NCBI GenBank assembly: GCA_964348725.1
Contig: CAYGDG010000002.1
Location: forward strand, 202 to 64,201
Direction of reading: 5' to 3'
DNA: 64,000 bases
DNA from: an uncultured Candidatus Saccharibacteria bacterium
Lineage (GTDB): Bacteria; Patescibacteriota; Minisyncoccia; Phycocordibacterales; UBA9973
The position numbers and the translations under genes are program-made. Below are positions 34,432-44,725 of this stretch, in pieces; position 1 is the stretch's first letter, and each line of letters starts with the position of its first letter. The notes beneath the pieces are model-generated. The model was given only the letters and a program-made list of their open reading frames with translations, was not told where the DNA came from and made no database searches.

Positions 34432-35784
34432 TTGCGGCGAAAAGCTAATAGCGATGAGACAGGTTCGGCGAGCATGGATAACTATAAAAAGAACCCGACA
34501 ACGGGAGACGGCGGTGAACGTGGTATGAATACAGCGGCGATGTATGTCCGCATGTCGACCGATCACCAGAAATACTCAACAGAAAATCAGGAAGACGCTA
34601 TCCGCGAATACGCGCAGAGGCGTAATATTGAGATTATTGTCACCTATGCCGATCAGGGTAAAAGCGGCCTTGATATTGGCGGGCGTGAAGCCTTGCAGCG
34701 ATTGATATCCGATGTTGAAAACAAGCGTGCGGAATTCTCCGTAATCCTTGTGTTAGACGTTACGCGCTGGGGACGCTTCCAAGATGCGGATGAAAGCGCT
34801 TATTACGAATATGTCTGCCGCCGCTCCGGCATTGATGTCCAGTATGTGGCCGAACAATTTGAAAATGATGGATCCCCTGTATCCACCATTGTGAAGGGCG
34901 TAAAACGCGCCATGGCTGGCGAATACAGCCGCGAGCTGTCGGCAAAAGTCTTTGCTGGACAATGCCGCCTCATTGAAAAGGGCTACCGTCAGGGCGGCCC
35001 GGCTGGCTACGGTTTGCGCCGCATGCTGATTGATGAACACGGCAATGATAAGGGCACGCTCAAGCGCGGCGAGCATAAAAGCCTTCAGACCGACAGGGTT
35101 ATTCTGGTGCCTGGCCCAGATGAAGAAATTGAAACAGTGCGCTGGATTTATCGCTGTTTTGTCGATAAGCGTATGAATGAAACCGAGATCGCCGATCAGC
35201 TCAATAGCCAAGGGATCACAACGGATTTAGAACGCGAGTGGACACGCAGTACCGTTCATCAGATTTTGATTAACGAGAAATATATCGGCCATAACGTTTT
35301 TAACCGTACCTCCTGCAAGCTCAAAAAGCGACGGGTTCACAATGATCCTGACATGTGGGTACGGGCTGAGGGCGCATTTGAGGCTATTGTCGAAACCCGG
35401 TATTTTTACACCGCCCAGGGCATCATTGCTGAAAGAAGCCGTAAATTATCCGATGAAGATTTACTGGCAAAACTGAAAGATCTGCACCATCGCAAAGGCT
35501 GGCTTTCCGGTATCCTTATTGACGAAATGGAAGATATGCCTTCCAGCAGCGCCTACGCCAATCGCTTCGGGAGCTTGATCCGCGCCTATCAAATGATTGG
35601 CTACACCCCGGCGCGTGATTATCGCTACATCGAGATCAACCGTCATCTCCGGAAAATGTATCCCGGCATTGTTGAGGATGCTATTCGCCGGATCGAGGAT
35701 CTGGGCGGGAGCGTTCACCGTGAGGTCACATCCGATCTGGTCTATGTGAATGACGAGATCAGTGTCTCCATTGTCATTTGTTGA
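34432..35784 (+). CDS. large serine recombinase (prophage integrase candidate), interrupted by an in-frame TGA
   Basis: Resolvase catalytic domain AAMYVRMSTDHQKYSTENQEDAIREYAQRRNIEIIVTYADQGKSGLDIGGREALQRL...VTRWGRF. After the TGA at 35782-35784 the same frame stays open for 87 codons (..KIRLDSGLRPDITVIIRMDENNEEPLDYYLLPALDIENSKLRLASSNGIALDMYRFDDLEDFFSLTKRAYLSEAA). It ends at 36043-36045, overlapping the next gene's ATG as ATGA. Confidence 0.8.
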   Translation: MRRKANSDETGSASMDNYKKNPTTGDGGERGMNTAAMYVRMSTDHQKYSTENQEDAIREYAQRRNIEIIVTYADQGKSGLDIGGREALQRLISDVENKRAEFSVILVLDVTRWGRFQDADESAYYEYVCRRSGIDVQYVAEQFENDGSPVSTIVKGVKRAMAGEYSRELSAKVFAGQCRLIEKGYRQGGPAGYGLRRMLIDEHGNDKGTLKRGEHKSLQTDRVILVPGPDEEIETVRWIYRCFVDKRMNETEIADQLNSQGITTDLEREWTRSTVHQILINEKYIGHNVFNRTSCKLKKRRVHNDPDMWVRAEGAFEAIVETRYFYTAQGIIAERSRKLSDEDLLAKLKDLHHRKGWLSGILIDEMEDMPSSSAYANRFGSLIRAYQMIGYTPARDYRYIEINRHLRKMYPGIVEDAIRRIEDLGGSVHREVTSDLVYVNDEISVSIVIC

Positions 35785-36041
35785 TGCCATCAAACGCCGA
35801 CCGGACGAAACCAATGGAAAATCCGCCTTGATAGCGGCCTGCGCCCAGACATTACGGTCATCATCCGCATGGATGAAAACAATGAAGAGCCGCTGGATTA
35901 CTACCTTCTGCCCGCACTTGATATTGAAAACTCCAAGCTCCGACTTGCAAGCAGCAACGGCATCGCGCTCGACATGTACCGCTTTGATGATCTGGAGGAT
36001 TTCTTCTCCCTGACAAAACGAGCATATCTCTCGGAGGCCGC

Positions 36042-36944
36042 ATGAAGAACCTGACCCGCAATAGCGCAGTGCAAATGATCCCGGTGCAGGAGGTTTATGT
36101 ACCCAACCCCCGCGTTCGGAATAAAAAGCAATACCGGGAGATTGCCGAAAACGTTGTCCAGGTAGGGCTAAAGCGCCCCATCACCGTAACAAGCAGCAAA
36201 TCGAACGTCCCCGGCAAGAAATATGATCTGGTGTGTGGCCAAGGGCGGTTGGAGATCTTTGTTGCCTGCGGCCAGAAGGAAATCCCAGCGCTCATTATCG
36301 ATGCTTCCGAAGAAGAAGTCATGGTGATGAGCATCGTGGAAAATATGGCGCGGCGTCATCACAACCCTATGGACTTGATGAAAGGCATTGAGCTTCTCAG
36401 AAATCAGGGATACGGCATCGGCGACATTTCCAAAAAGACTGGCCTCGCCTGGCCTTATGTGCGGGACATCACCAATCTGATCGAAAAAGGCGAAGAGCGA
36501 CTGATTTCTGCTGTAGAAAGCGGCATTATTCCCATCAGCCTTGCCGCCCTCATTGCAGACTCCCCCGGCGAGGAGCAGCAGGCTCTGCAGGATGCTTACG
36601 AGAACAAAAGCCTGCGCGGAAAACGCCTGCTATTGGCAAAGAAGCTGATTGAAGAGCGTGATTTGCGCGGCAAGGCTATCCGCAAAGGCTCTGCAGCGCA
36701 CCGGAAACAGGGTGTCACCTCTGCGCAGGATGTGATTGAAGCCTACCAGCAGAACGTCAATAAAAAGCGGCTCCTGGTGCGTAAATCAGAAATGGTGAAC
36801 AACAATCTGATCTTTATCACAGAAGCTCTGCGCCAAATGTATGAAGATGACAACTTCCGCAATTTGCTCAAAGCGGAAGGGCTGACCTCCTTCCCCAAGC
36901 CCATCGCCGATATGATCAAGAAGAAAGGCAGTGCCCGTGTCTGA
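36042..36944 (+). CDS. ParB/Srx-like N-terminal-domain protein 1
   Basis: 300 aa. ParB-box-like segment DLVCGQGRLEIFVAC. Translationally coupled to both neighbours. Confidence 0.6.
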   Translation: MKNLTRNSAVQMIPVQEVYVPNPRVRNKKQYREIAENVVQVGLKRPITVTSSKSNVPGKKYDLVCGQGRLEIFVACGQKEIPALIIDASEEEVMVMSIVENMARRHHNPMDLMKGIELLRNQGYGIGDISKKTGLAWPYVRDITNLIEKGEERLISAVESGIIPISLAALIADSPGEEQQALQDAYENKSLRGKRLLLAKKLIEERDLRGKAIRKGSAAHRKQGVTSAQDVIEAYQQNVNKKRLLVRKSEMVNNNLIFITEALRQMYEDDNFRNLLKAEGLTSFPKPIADMIKKKGSARV

Positions 36945-37872
36945 ATTAGAAAACCTGCCCCTGAAAGAGGATAAGATCAAACTGGGCTTTGAAACCGAAA
37001 CGGTGACATTGCAACTGGATCAGATTATTCCACTGAAAGTTATCGCCCCCAATATCAGGGAAAAAGCCAAATACAAACAAATCTTCGCCTCAATAAAAGA
37101 AGTTGGCATCATTGAGCCGCCCGCTGTAACGCCCTGTAATGATAAATCTGGCCGCTATTACCTCCTAGACGGCCATCTGCGAATTGAAGCACTCAAGGAT
37201 CTGAAAGAAAAGCAGATCATGTGCCTGGTCTCGACCGATGATGAAGCCTTCACCTACAACAAGCATATCAATCGCCTCTCCACCATTCAGGAACACAAAA
37301 TGATTGTTCGCGCCGTGGAGCGCGGCGTTTCAGAAGAGAAGATCGCTAAAGCCCTAAATGTCGACGTGCGTAGCATTATCCTCAAACGGAAAATGCTGGA
37401 TGGCGTATGTCAGGAAGCTATAGACCTCCTCAAGGATAAAATGGTCTCTGGCGGTGTTTTTCGGATCCTGAAGAAAATGAAGCCCATGCGCCAGATTGAA
37501 TGCGCCGAACTCATGAACAGCATGAATGTTTACACCGTTCCCTACGCTAAAGCCTTATTGGCCGGAACGCCGAAAGAGCGCCTTATCGAACCCGAAAAGC
37601 CCAAAAAGATTAAAGGTATTGACGAAGAACAAATGGCGCGGATGCAAAGCGAGATGCTCAGCCTTCAGAATGAATATCGCGTTATTGAAGACACCCTGGG
37701 CAGCAGCGTTCTTAATCTGACCGTGGCCAAAGGCTATGTCACCAAGCTGATGGAAAACGCCAAGGTCGTGCGTTACCTCGCACAAAATTATCCTGAAATA
37801 CTGGAAGAGTTTCAAAAGATCACAGAGATGCAATCCCTCAACGCCAAGGATCCGGTGGAGGAAACAGTTTGA
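36931..37872 (+). CDS. ParB/Srx-like N-terminal-domain protein 2
   Basis: 313 aa. Segment YYLLDGHLRIEAL (ParB-type GxxR motif). Overlaps the previous gene by 14 nt. Confidence 0.6.
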   Translation: MPVSELENLPLKEDKIKLGFETETVTLQLDQIIPLKVIAPNIREKAKYKQIFASIKEVGIIEPPAVTPCNDKSGRYYLLDGHLRIEALKDLKEKQIMCLVSTDDEAFTYNKHINRLSTIQEHKMIVRAVERGVSEEKIAKALNVDVRSIILKRKMLDGVCQEAIDLLKDKMVSGGVFRILKKMKPMRQIECAELMNSMNVYTVPYAKALLAGTPKERLIEPEKPKKIKGIDEEQMARMQSEMLSLQNEYRVIEDTLGSSVLNLTVAKGYVTKLMENAKVVRYLAQNYPEILEEFQKITEMQSLNAKDPVEETV

Positions 37873-38236
37873 GGCAGGCGCTCGGTCACAAGCATTTTAG
37901 ATTTTGACCTTGAGCGCCATTCAAGTGGCAATAAGGAGACCGGGATCCTTTTACGTGCGAGCCGTAAAAAGCGCCGGGACCGTGGGAGAAGCCGTCTGGG
38001 TAGCCCAGGCATGGAGCGAGCGCGGTGGCAGGAACGGCGGCGAACCCGCATTCAGCCTGCCAGGCTGCGGCACCATCTGCCCAGCCGTCCGGCCTATCAA
38101 TTCAGATATGCCGGAACGTGCGCGCACCAGCATGCCGATAGCCTCAAATTGTCATGCTGGTGTGCCTTAATGGCTTGAACATTCATCCCTTTTCCTCTAT
38201 TTTCAATCAGGATAAATTTTACGGACATGCGCCCAT

Positions 38237-38437
38237 ATGCCTAACAACGAAATCATGACGGTCAAGGAACTCGCCGATTATCTTAAAATCGCTGAGAAAA
38301 CGGCTTATCGATTTGCCTCTGAGGGCAAGGTTCCAGGCTTTAAGGTGGGAAGTGCATGGCGCTTCAAAAAAACTGAAATTGATGCGTGGATAAAGCGCCA
38401 ATCTGAAGGTAATACAGAGAAAAAGGACATAAAGTAA
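38237..38437 (+). CDS. excisionase / AlpA-family HTH DNA-binding protein
   Basis: 66 aa. MTVKELADYLKIAEKTAYRFASEGKVPGFKVGSAWRFKKTEIDAWIK fits the excisionase-family HTH. Its stop abuts the hsdM start. Confidence 0.65.
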   Translation: MPNNEIMTVKELADYLKIAEKTAYRFASEGKVPGFKVGSAWRFKKTEIDAWIKRQSEGNTEKKDIK

Positions 38438-40459
38438 ATGACAACAGCAAAAATTCAGAGCTTAAGCTCTTTCGCATGGTCTATCGCAGAAATATTGCGT
38501 GGTGACTTCAAGCAGTCAGAATACGGAAAAATTGTCCTTCCTTTCGTGGTATTGCGCCGTCTCGATTGCATCCTTGAGCCAACAAAAAACGCCGTTCTTT
38601 CTGCGTACGAAAGACTCCCTGAGGGCATCGATGATCAGACCAAGGATATGATGCTCTTTGGAGCAGTTGGCGGCGGCCTTAAACTATATAACTACAGCCA
38701 GCTTACTTTTAACAAAATTAAAGGGCAAGATCCTACTGACGCACATAAAAACCTGTTGGATTACATCACCAAATTCAATGCCAGCGTACGAGATATTTTC
38801 CTTGAAAAATTCCTCTTTACCGACCAACTCAAACGTCTGAAAGATGGTGGTATACTGTGGCAGGTATTTGACCGCTTCAGCCAAATTGATCTACATCCCG
38901 ACCGTGTTTCAAACATTGAAATGGGTTATTTGTTTGAAGACTTGATCCGCAAATTCTCAGAGATTTCAAACGAAACTGCCGGGGAACACTTTACACCTCG
39001 TGAAGTCATTCGACTGATTGTTGATCTGCTTTTGATCAACGATGCTGAAGCATTGGCTGGCTCAGGTATTATTCGTACCGTATATGACCCTGCATGCGGC
39101 ACTGGCGGCATGCTTGCTTTGATGGAAGAAGCCATGAAAGGCTTCAATAACAAAATCCGTGTGGAGCTATATGGGCAAGAGCTGAATCCGGAATCATTCG
39201 GGATTTGTAAATCAGACATGCTGATTACAGGCCACAACCCGGAACAGATTGCTTTCGGCAATACGCTGACAGAAGACGCACACAAAGATAAGAAATTCCA
39301 CTATATGCTCTCCAACCCGCCATACGGCGTAGATTGGAAAAAGTATCAAGACCCAATCAAAGAAGAAGCCCAAGAAATGGGAAAAGACGGTCGCTTTGGT
39401 GCTGGACTTCCGCGCATTTCGGATGGGCAGCTGTTGTTCCTCCAGCACATGATTTCAAAAATGCGTGATGATGAAGTAGGCTCCCGCACTGGCATTGTTA
39501 TGAACGGCTCCCCCCTCTTTACTGGCGGTGCTGGCTCCGGTGAAAGTGAGATTCGCCGCTGGATGTTTGAAAATGACTGGGTTGAAGCCATTATAGCGTT
39601 GCCTACAGACCTATTTTACAACACAGGAATTCAGACCTACGTTTGGATGTTAACCAACAAAAAGGATGAAAAACGCCGAGGCAAAGTACAACTGATTGAT
39701 GCCAGTGGCGAACGCTTTTGGCAATCTATGCGCAAAAGCCTAGGAAGCAAGCGTCGTGAAATCCCAGAAAACGCACGTCAAGAGGTTGTTAAAATCTATA
39801 ACCAAATGCTCAATGGTGAATCCGGTTGGGGTGAGTATTCCAAGATCTTTGATAACGTAGATTTTGGCTACCGTGAAATTCGTGTTGAGCGCCCACTAAA
39901 ACTCAACTTCCAGTTTTCACCTGAGCGTATAGAGCTTCTCAAGCAGGATAAAAACTTCCTGAAACTTGATCCTTCTGAACAAGAAGAGCTTTCAAAGGCA
40001 TTATCATCAAATGCTCCTACAGAGCTATTTAAAAATCGGGAAATTTTTGAAAAAGCCCTCAAAAAAGTCCTGAAAAATGTTGAAGTCAAAATATCTGCCC
40101 CACTGCAAAAGGCCATTCTTTCAGCACTGTCCGAAAAAGATGATACAGCTGATTCCTGTACCGATGCTAAAGGAAATATCGAAGCGGATACCGAGCTACG
40201 GGATCATGAATTGGTGCCCCTGAAAGAAAATTGGCAGGATTACGTTGCGCGCGAAGTAAAACCTTTTGTGCCAGATGTCTGGGTAGATGAAAGCCATAAA
40301 GATTCCAGCGATGGTGAAACTGGCCGTGTCGGTTACGAAATTAACTTCAACCGCTATTTCTACAAATATGTGCAACCCCGCCCAGCGGTCACGATTGATA
40401 AAGAGTTGAAATTATTGGAAGCAGATATTGCCACTTTGCTTAAGGGGGTTGCGGCATGA
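38438..40459 (+). CDS. hsdM: type I restriction-modification methyltransferase subunit
   Basis: 673 aa. N6-adenine methyltransferase motifs DPACGTGGML and MLSNPPYG. C-terminal extension of ~150 aa. Confidence 0.85.
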   Translation: MTTAKIQSLSSFAWSIAEILRGDFKQSEYGKIVLPFVVLRRLDCILEPTKNAVLSAYERLPEGIDDQTKDMMLFGAVGGGLKLYNYSQLTFNKIKGQDPTDAHKNLLDYITKFNASVRDIFLEKFLFTDQLKRLKDGGILWQVFDRFSQIDLHPDRVSNIEMGYLFEDLIRKFSEISNETAGEHFTPREVIRLIVDLLLINDAEALAGSGIIRTVYDPACGTGGMLALMEEAMKGFNNKIRVELYGQELNPESFGICKSDMLITGHNPEQIAFGNTLTEDAHKDKKFHYMLSNPPYGVDWKKYQDPIKEEAQEMGKDGRFGAGLPRISDGQLLFLQHMISKMRDDEVGSRTGIVMNGSPLFTGGAGSGESEIRRWMFENDWVEAIIALPTDLFYNTGIQTYVWMLTNKKDEKRRGKVQLIDASGERFWQSMRKSLGSKRREIPENARQEVVKIYNQMLNGESGWGEYSKIFDNVDFGYREIRVERPLKLNFQFSPERIELLKQDKNFLKLDPSEQEELSKALSSNAPTELFKNREIFEKALKKVLKNVEVKISAPLQKAILSALSEKDDTADSCTDAKGNIEADTELRDHELVPLKENWQDYVAREVKPFVPDVWVDESHKDSSDGETGRVGYEINFNRYFYKYVQPRPAVTIDKELKLLEADIATLLKGVAA

Positions 40460-41739
40460 TATCTGCCCAGAAGCCACACTCTGAAAAAGTCTTAGCAGAT
40501 TTACTGCCGTGTTCATGGACAAAAATCAGAGCCAAATTTTTATTTAGAGAACGGAAAGATTTGAGCTTGGATGGCTCAGAAGAGCTTCTGTCAGCGTCAC
40601 ACATAACAGGCATTACTAAGCGTTCGGAAAAAGATGTCGGCATGTTTCTAGCTGAAACAAATGAAGGATACAAAATCGTTCATTCTCATGATGTTGTTAT
40701 TAATACCATGTGGGCTTGGATGGGAGCTATGGGAGTCAGTTTTATTGATGGCATAATTAGCCCTTCTTATGGCGTATACTATCCAATTACACAAAAAACT
40801 AACTCGAAATTTTTTGACTATCTTTTACGCTCAGTTCCCTTTGTAACTGACGTTAATAGACGATCCAAAGGAGTTTGGTCATCTAGACTGAGATTATACC
40901 CAGATGACTTTTTAGATATGTTATTGCCACTTCCTAATATTGCTATGCAAATAGAAATCGCCGAATTTCTTGATCGCGAGACAAACCGGATTGATCAGCT
41001 GATCAATAAAAAAGAAGCACTAATTCAAACCTTACCATTGAAAGCAGAAGCATTAATTGATGAAACATTATCGTCAACTGAAACAAAATGGATCCGATTT
41101 GGATATGCTGCAAAAACGATATCAAGGCCAGTAACCAGAATAGATGACCAGCCATATGTAGCGATAGGCTTATATAATCGAGGGCGTGGCATTTTTCACA
41201 AAGAAGAAACGCTTGGCCAGGATCTGGGAGATTCAACCTTTAACTGGGTTAAGCCCAATGATTTAATATTTAGTGGTCAATTTGCTTGGGAAGGTGCTGT
41301 CTCACTTGCCAGCGAGCGAGAAGACCAAAAAATAGCATCGCACAGATATCCCATTTACAACGGAAAAAATGGGGTAGAAAACGGCTATCTTTTTTCCTAT
41401 TTTAGAACTCACCGTGGAAAATTTCTTATGGATGATTGCTCCAGAGGAGCGGCTGGACGAAATCGACCTTTAAATACAAATAGACTTGAAAAAGAACTCA
41501 TCCCTATTCCTGCAAAAGAAATTCAAGAAACAATTGTTACGCTTGTCCGACAAGAGGATATTCTGAAAGAAAAAATAAAATCCTCAATTGAAATGCTTAA
41601 TATCTTCAAATCGTCTCTGGTTACGGAAGCCGTAACAGGTCAGTTAAATATTCAAAAATGGAAACAACGCGGCATTACTGATCGGCGTTTGGACAAAATT
41701 GAAGAAGAGATGGAACAAAGTAAAAGAGCGAGCGCATGA
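40456..41739 (+). CDS. hsdS: type I restriction-modification specificity subunit
   Basis: 427 aa with two target-recognition-domain repeats and a central coiled coil. Start and stop overlap hsdM and hsdR as ATGA. Confidence 0.8.
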   Translation: MISAQKPHSEKVLADLLPCSWTKIRAKFLFRERKDLSLDGSEELLSASHITGITKRSEKDVGMFLAETNEGYKIVHSHDVVINTMWAWMGAMGVSFIDGIISPSYGVYYPITQKTNSKFFDYLLRSVPFVTDVNRRSKGVWSSRLRLYPDDFLDMLLPLPNIAMQIEIAEFLDRETNRIDQLINKKEALIQTLPLKAEALIDETLSSTETKWIRFGYAAKTISRPVTRIDDQPYVAIGLYNRGRGIFHKEETLGQDLGDSTFNWVKPNDLIFSGQFAWEGAVSLASEREDQKIASHRYPIYNGKNGVENGYLFSYFRTHRGKFLMDDCSRGAAGRNRPLNTNRLEKELIPIPAKEIQETIVTLVRQEDILKEKIKSSIEMLNIFKSSLVTEAVTGQLNIQKWKQRGITDRRLDKIEEEMEQSKRASA

Positions 41740-44720
41740 CGGATAAAACCAAACGCACCTATTCAGCTGATAAAATCCACCGCGAGAATGTGGTTCAATA
41801 TCACCTGATTGATCAGCTCGTTCAAAACCAAGAATACCGTCAGCGCAGTACGGATGATTATGATCGTGCCTCTGCCCTTGATAAAGCATTGGTGATGGAA
41901 TTTATTAAGACTACCCAGCCTGAAGAGTGGGGCCGGCTGGAAGAGCACTACACTGCCGCCGCAGAAACAGAATTCTTCAAACAGCTTGAAAAAGCGTTGG
42001 TTCAACGTGGGACTTTGGATGTGTTGCGTCAGGGTATAAAACTGATCCCCGGCATTAAATTCTCCCTTTGTTTCTTCAAGCCTGCCTCTGGCCTGAATGA
42101 TGATCTATTACGCCTCTTTAACTCCAATATTTTAAGCGTGATTGATGAGCTGGAATATAGTGCCAAAAACGATAATCGCATTGATATTGGCCTATTTGTA
42201 AATGGCATTCCTTTGGCCACGATGGAATGTAAAAACCAATCCACAGGCACGACATTCAAACACGCTGAGAACCAGTATCGAAAGGATCGCTCCCCTGCCG
42301 GAGAGCCTCTATTAACATTTAAACGGGGAGCGCTCGTCCATTTTGCCTTGGATGAGGATAATGTCTCCATGACAACTCGCCTGAGCAATGGGAAAACACG
42401 CTTTTTGCCATTTAACCGCGGGCATGAAGGAGGTGCAGGAAATCCAGATGTCAAAGACGAATTTCGAGTAGCTTATCTCTATAAAGACTTGCCGGATTGC
42501 CGGGCCATTTTCTCACGCGAAATAATCCTGGATATTGCCGGACGCTTTATGCATTTGGACAACAATGATGGCAAGGAAGCCATGATTTTCCCACGCTTTC
42601 AGCAATTGGATGCTGTTTTAAAGTTAATGGGACATGCCAAACAAAACGGTTCTGGTCATAACTATCTCATTCAGCACTCAGCAGGATCAGGGAAGTCCAA
42701 TACGATTGGCTGGACAGCCCACCGCATGATTACCCTGCATGATGATCAAGACGAACCGATATTCAATACTGCGATAATCGTGACTGACCGTGTTGTGCTT
42801 GACCGACAACTTCAAAATACTGTTGCTCAATTTGAACAAACCAAGGGTGTGGTGAAAAAAATTGATGGCACGTCACGTCAGTTAAAAGAAGCTATCCAAC
42901 AAGGTGCGCGTATTATTGTCACCACCATTCACAAATTCTCAACAGAACATCTAAAAGAGATTTCTGGCCAAGCCGGGCGCCGCTTTGCGGTACTAATTGA
43001 CGAAGCGCACGGATCGCAATCGGGTAGCCACGCAGACAACCTTGTCAAAGCACTAACACGCGATAATGAGGATGCACCATCGGAAATAGAAGATATTATT
43101 GCTGATTATCAACGTCAACGCGGTCCACAAAATAACATCAGCTATTTTGCTTTTACTGCGACACCACGAAACGTAACGCTGGAGCGTTTTGGAACAAAGA
43201 GCGCAGATGGAATGCCACATCCATTCCATCTGTACTCTATGCGCCAAGCAATTGAGGAAGGGTTCATTCTGGATGTCCTCCAGAATTATATGACTTACAA
43301 GGCATATTATCAGCTAGAGAAAGCCATTGAAGATGACCCTCGCCTTGAAGGACGAAAAGCCCAACGCCGTGTTGCCCGCTTTGCCACACTTCATCCGACA
43401 GCGATTGCTCAAAAGGTTGAAGTGATCGTTGAGCACTTTTTACGCCACGTTGCTGACGAGCTGGACGGTAATGGTAAGGCTATGATCGTTACACAAAGTC
43501 GTCTGCAGGCTTTGAAGTATTTCCAGGCAATCAAAAAATATATTAGCGATAAAAAATACCAAGGTGTTCGTCCCCTAGTCGCCTTTTCGGGCGAGCTAGA
43601 TGTTGACGGTGAAATTTACACCGAAGCGGAATTAAACGGTTTTGCGGAAACAGAGCTTCCTAAGAAATTTGATGGCCCGGATTACCAATTACTTATCGTA
43701 GCTGAAAAATATCAAACAGGGTTTGATCAGCCAAAGCTCTGCGCGATGTACGTGGATCGGAAACTGGATGGTTTACAAGCAGTGCAAACTCTTTCACGCC
43801 TTAATCGTACACACCCTGGAAAAACCAAGACTTTTGTGTTGGATTTTCAAAATACGATGGAAGACATTCAAACGGCATTTAAACCATTTTATGAAGCAAC
43901 TTCCCTGGAAGCAATCACGGATCCCAATCAGATTTATGAGCTTGAAGGGCGCATAAAATCCTTCTCATTTATTGACGATGATGAGGTCAATAGATTTGCG
44001 CAAACTTATTATAAAGGCAACCTTGACTCCCATGATCGCATTGCTCTTGAAAAACTCGTTCGCAATGCCGTCCAACGCTTTGAATATGAGAAAGACGAAG
44101 GAAGACAAGAAGAGTTTCGACAGCTTTTGAAAAGTTACATGCGCTTTTATTCATTCGTAGCGCAGGTAATGCGCCTTGGAGATACAAGCCTTGAAAAACT
44201 TTTTGCATACGGATCTTGGCTCAACAAGCTTCTGCCGAACCGTGAAATTCCAGCGGACATTGAAATTACGGAAGATATGTTACGCCTCAAGGTGTTTAAA
44301 TTAGATAAAAAAGAAGAAGGAAGCGCTTCACTCTCAGCAGGGTCTACAACACCTCTCGCCCCAATTAATGAGTTTGGTGCCAAGCCATATACTGAAGATG
44401 AAGAGCGCACTCTTTCAGAGATCATCAATAACTTTAATCAGCGACATGGTACAGAGTTTAGCAAAGAAGATTTCTTGCGGTTTGAGCAAGTCAAAGAAAG
44501 TATAATGGGCAATGAGGACTTAAGAGAAATGCTCAGAAACAACCCACCTGACGTTGTTTCGGGAGCATTTGCTCAGGCCTTTTTTGAGGGTGCCATACCT
44601 TATTTTCAGCGTGATAATGAAATTCAAAATATCTTTATGAAAGACAAGGACGCACGCAACCAAATCATAGAGCTATTCTTTAGCAAGGCACTGCGAGAGA
44701 TTAGAGCAGAAATTAAATAA
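41736..44720 (+). CDS. hsdR: type I restriction endonuclease subunit
   Basis: 994 aa. SF2 helicase motifs (AGSGKS Walker A, DEAH box in AVLIDEAHGSQ). N-terminal nuclease region. Confidence 0.85.
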   Translation: MTDKTKRTYSADKIHRENVVQYHLIDQLVQNQEYRQRSTDDYDRASALDKALVMEFIKTTQPEEWGRLEEHYTAAAETEFFKQLEKALVQRGTLDVLRQGIKLIPGIKFSLCFFKPASGLNDDLLRLFNSNILSVIDELEYSAKNDNRIDIGLFVNGIPLATMECKNQSTGTTFKHAENQYRKDRSPAGEPLLTFKRGALVHFALDEDNVSMTTRLSNGKTRFLPFNRGHEGGAGNPDVKDEFRVAYLYKDLPDCRAIFSREIILDIAGRFMHLDNNDGKEAMIFPRFQQLDAVLKLMGHAKQNGSGHNYLIQHSAGSGKSNTIGWTAHRMITLHDDQDEPIFNTAIIVTDRVVLDRQLQNTVAQFEQTKGVVKKIDGTSRQLKEAIQQGARIIVTTIHKFSTEHLKEISGQAGRRFAVLIDEAHGSQSGSHADNLVKALTRDNEDAPSEIEDIIADYQRQRGPQNNISYFAFTATPRNVTLERFGTKSADGMPHPFHLYSMRQAIEEGFILDVLQNYMTYKAYYQLEKAIEDDPRLEGRKAQRRVARFATLHPTAIAQKVEVIVEHFLRHVADELDGNGKAMIVTQSRLQALKYFQAIKKYISDKKYQGVRPLVAFSGELDVDGEIYTEAELNGFAETELPKKFDGPDYQLLIVAEKYQTGFDQPKLCAMYVDRKLDGLQAVQTLSRLNRTHPGKTKTFVLDFQNTMEDIQTAFKPFYEATSLEAITDPNQIYELEGRIKSFSFIDDDEVNRFAQTYYKGNLDSHDRIALEKLVRNAVQRFEYEKDEGRQEEFRQLLKSYMRFYSFVAQVMRLGDTSLEKLFAYGSWLNKLLPNREIPADIEITEDMLRLKVFKLDKKEEGSASLSAGSTTPLAPINEFGAKPYTEDEERTLSEIINNFNQRHGTEFSKEDFLRFEQVKESIMGNEDLREMLRNNPPDVVSGAFAQAFFEGAIPYFQRDNEIQNIFMKDKDARNQIIELFFSKALREIRAEIK

Positions 44721-44725
44721 ATAAA

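Noticed and set aside
37880-38236. GC-rich 360-bp spacer as a small-RNA gene
   Set aside because: It contains one clean hairpin (CTTTTACG-N7-CGTAAAAG) but no promoter or terminator pair and no recognisable ncRNA family. Kept only as a remark under the ParB/Xis finding.
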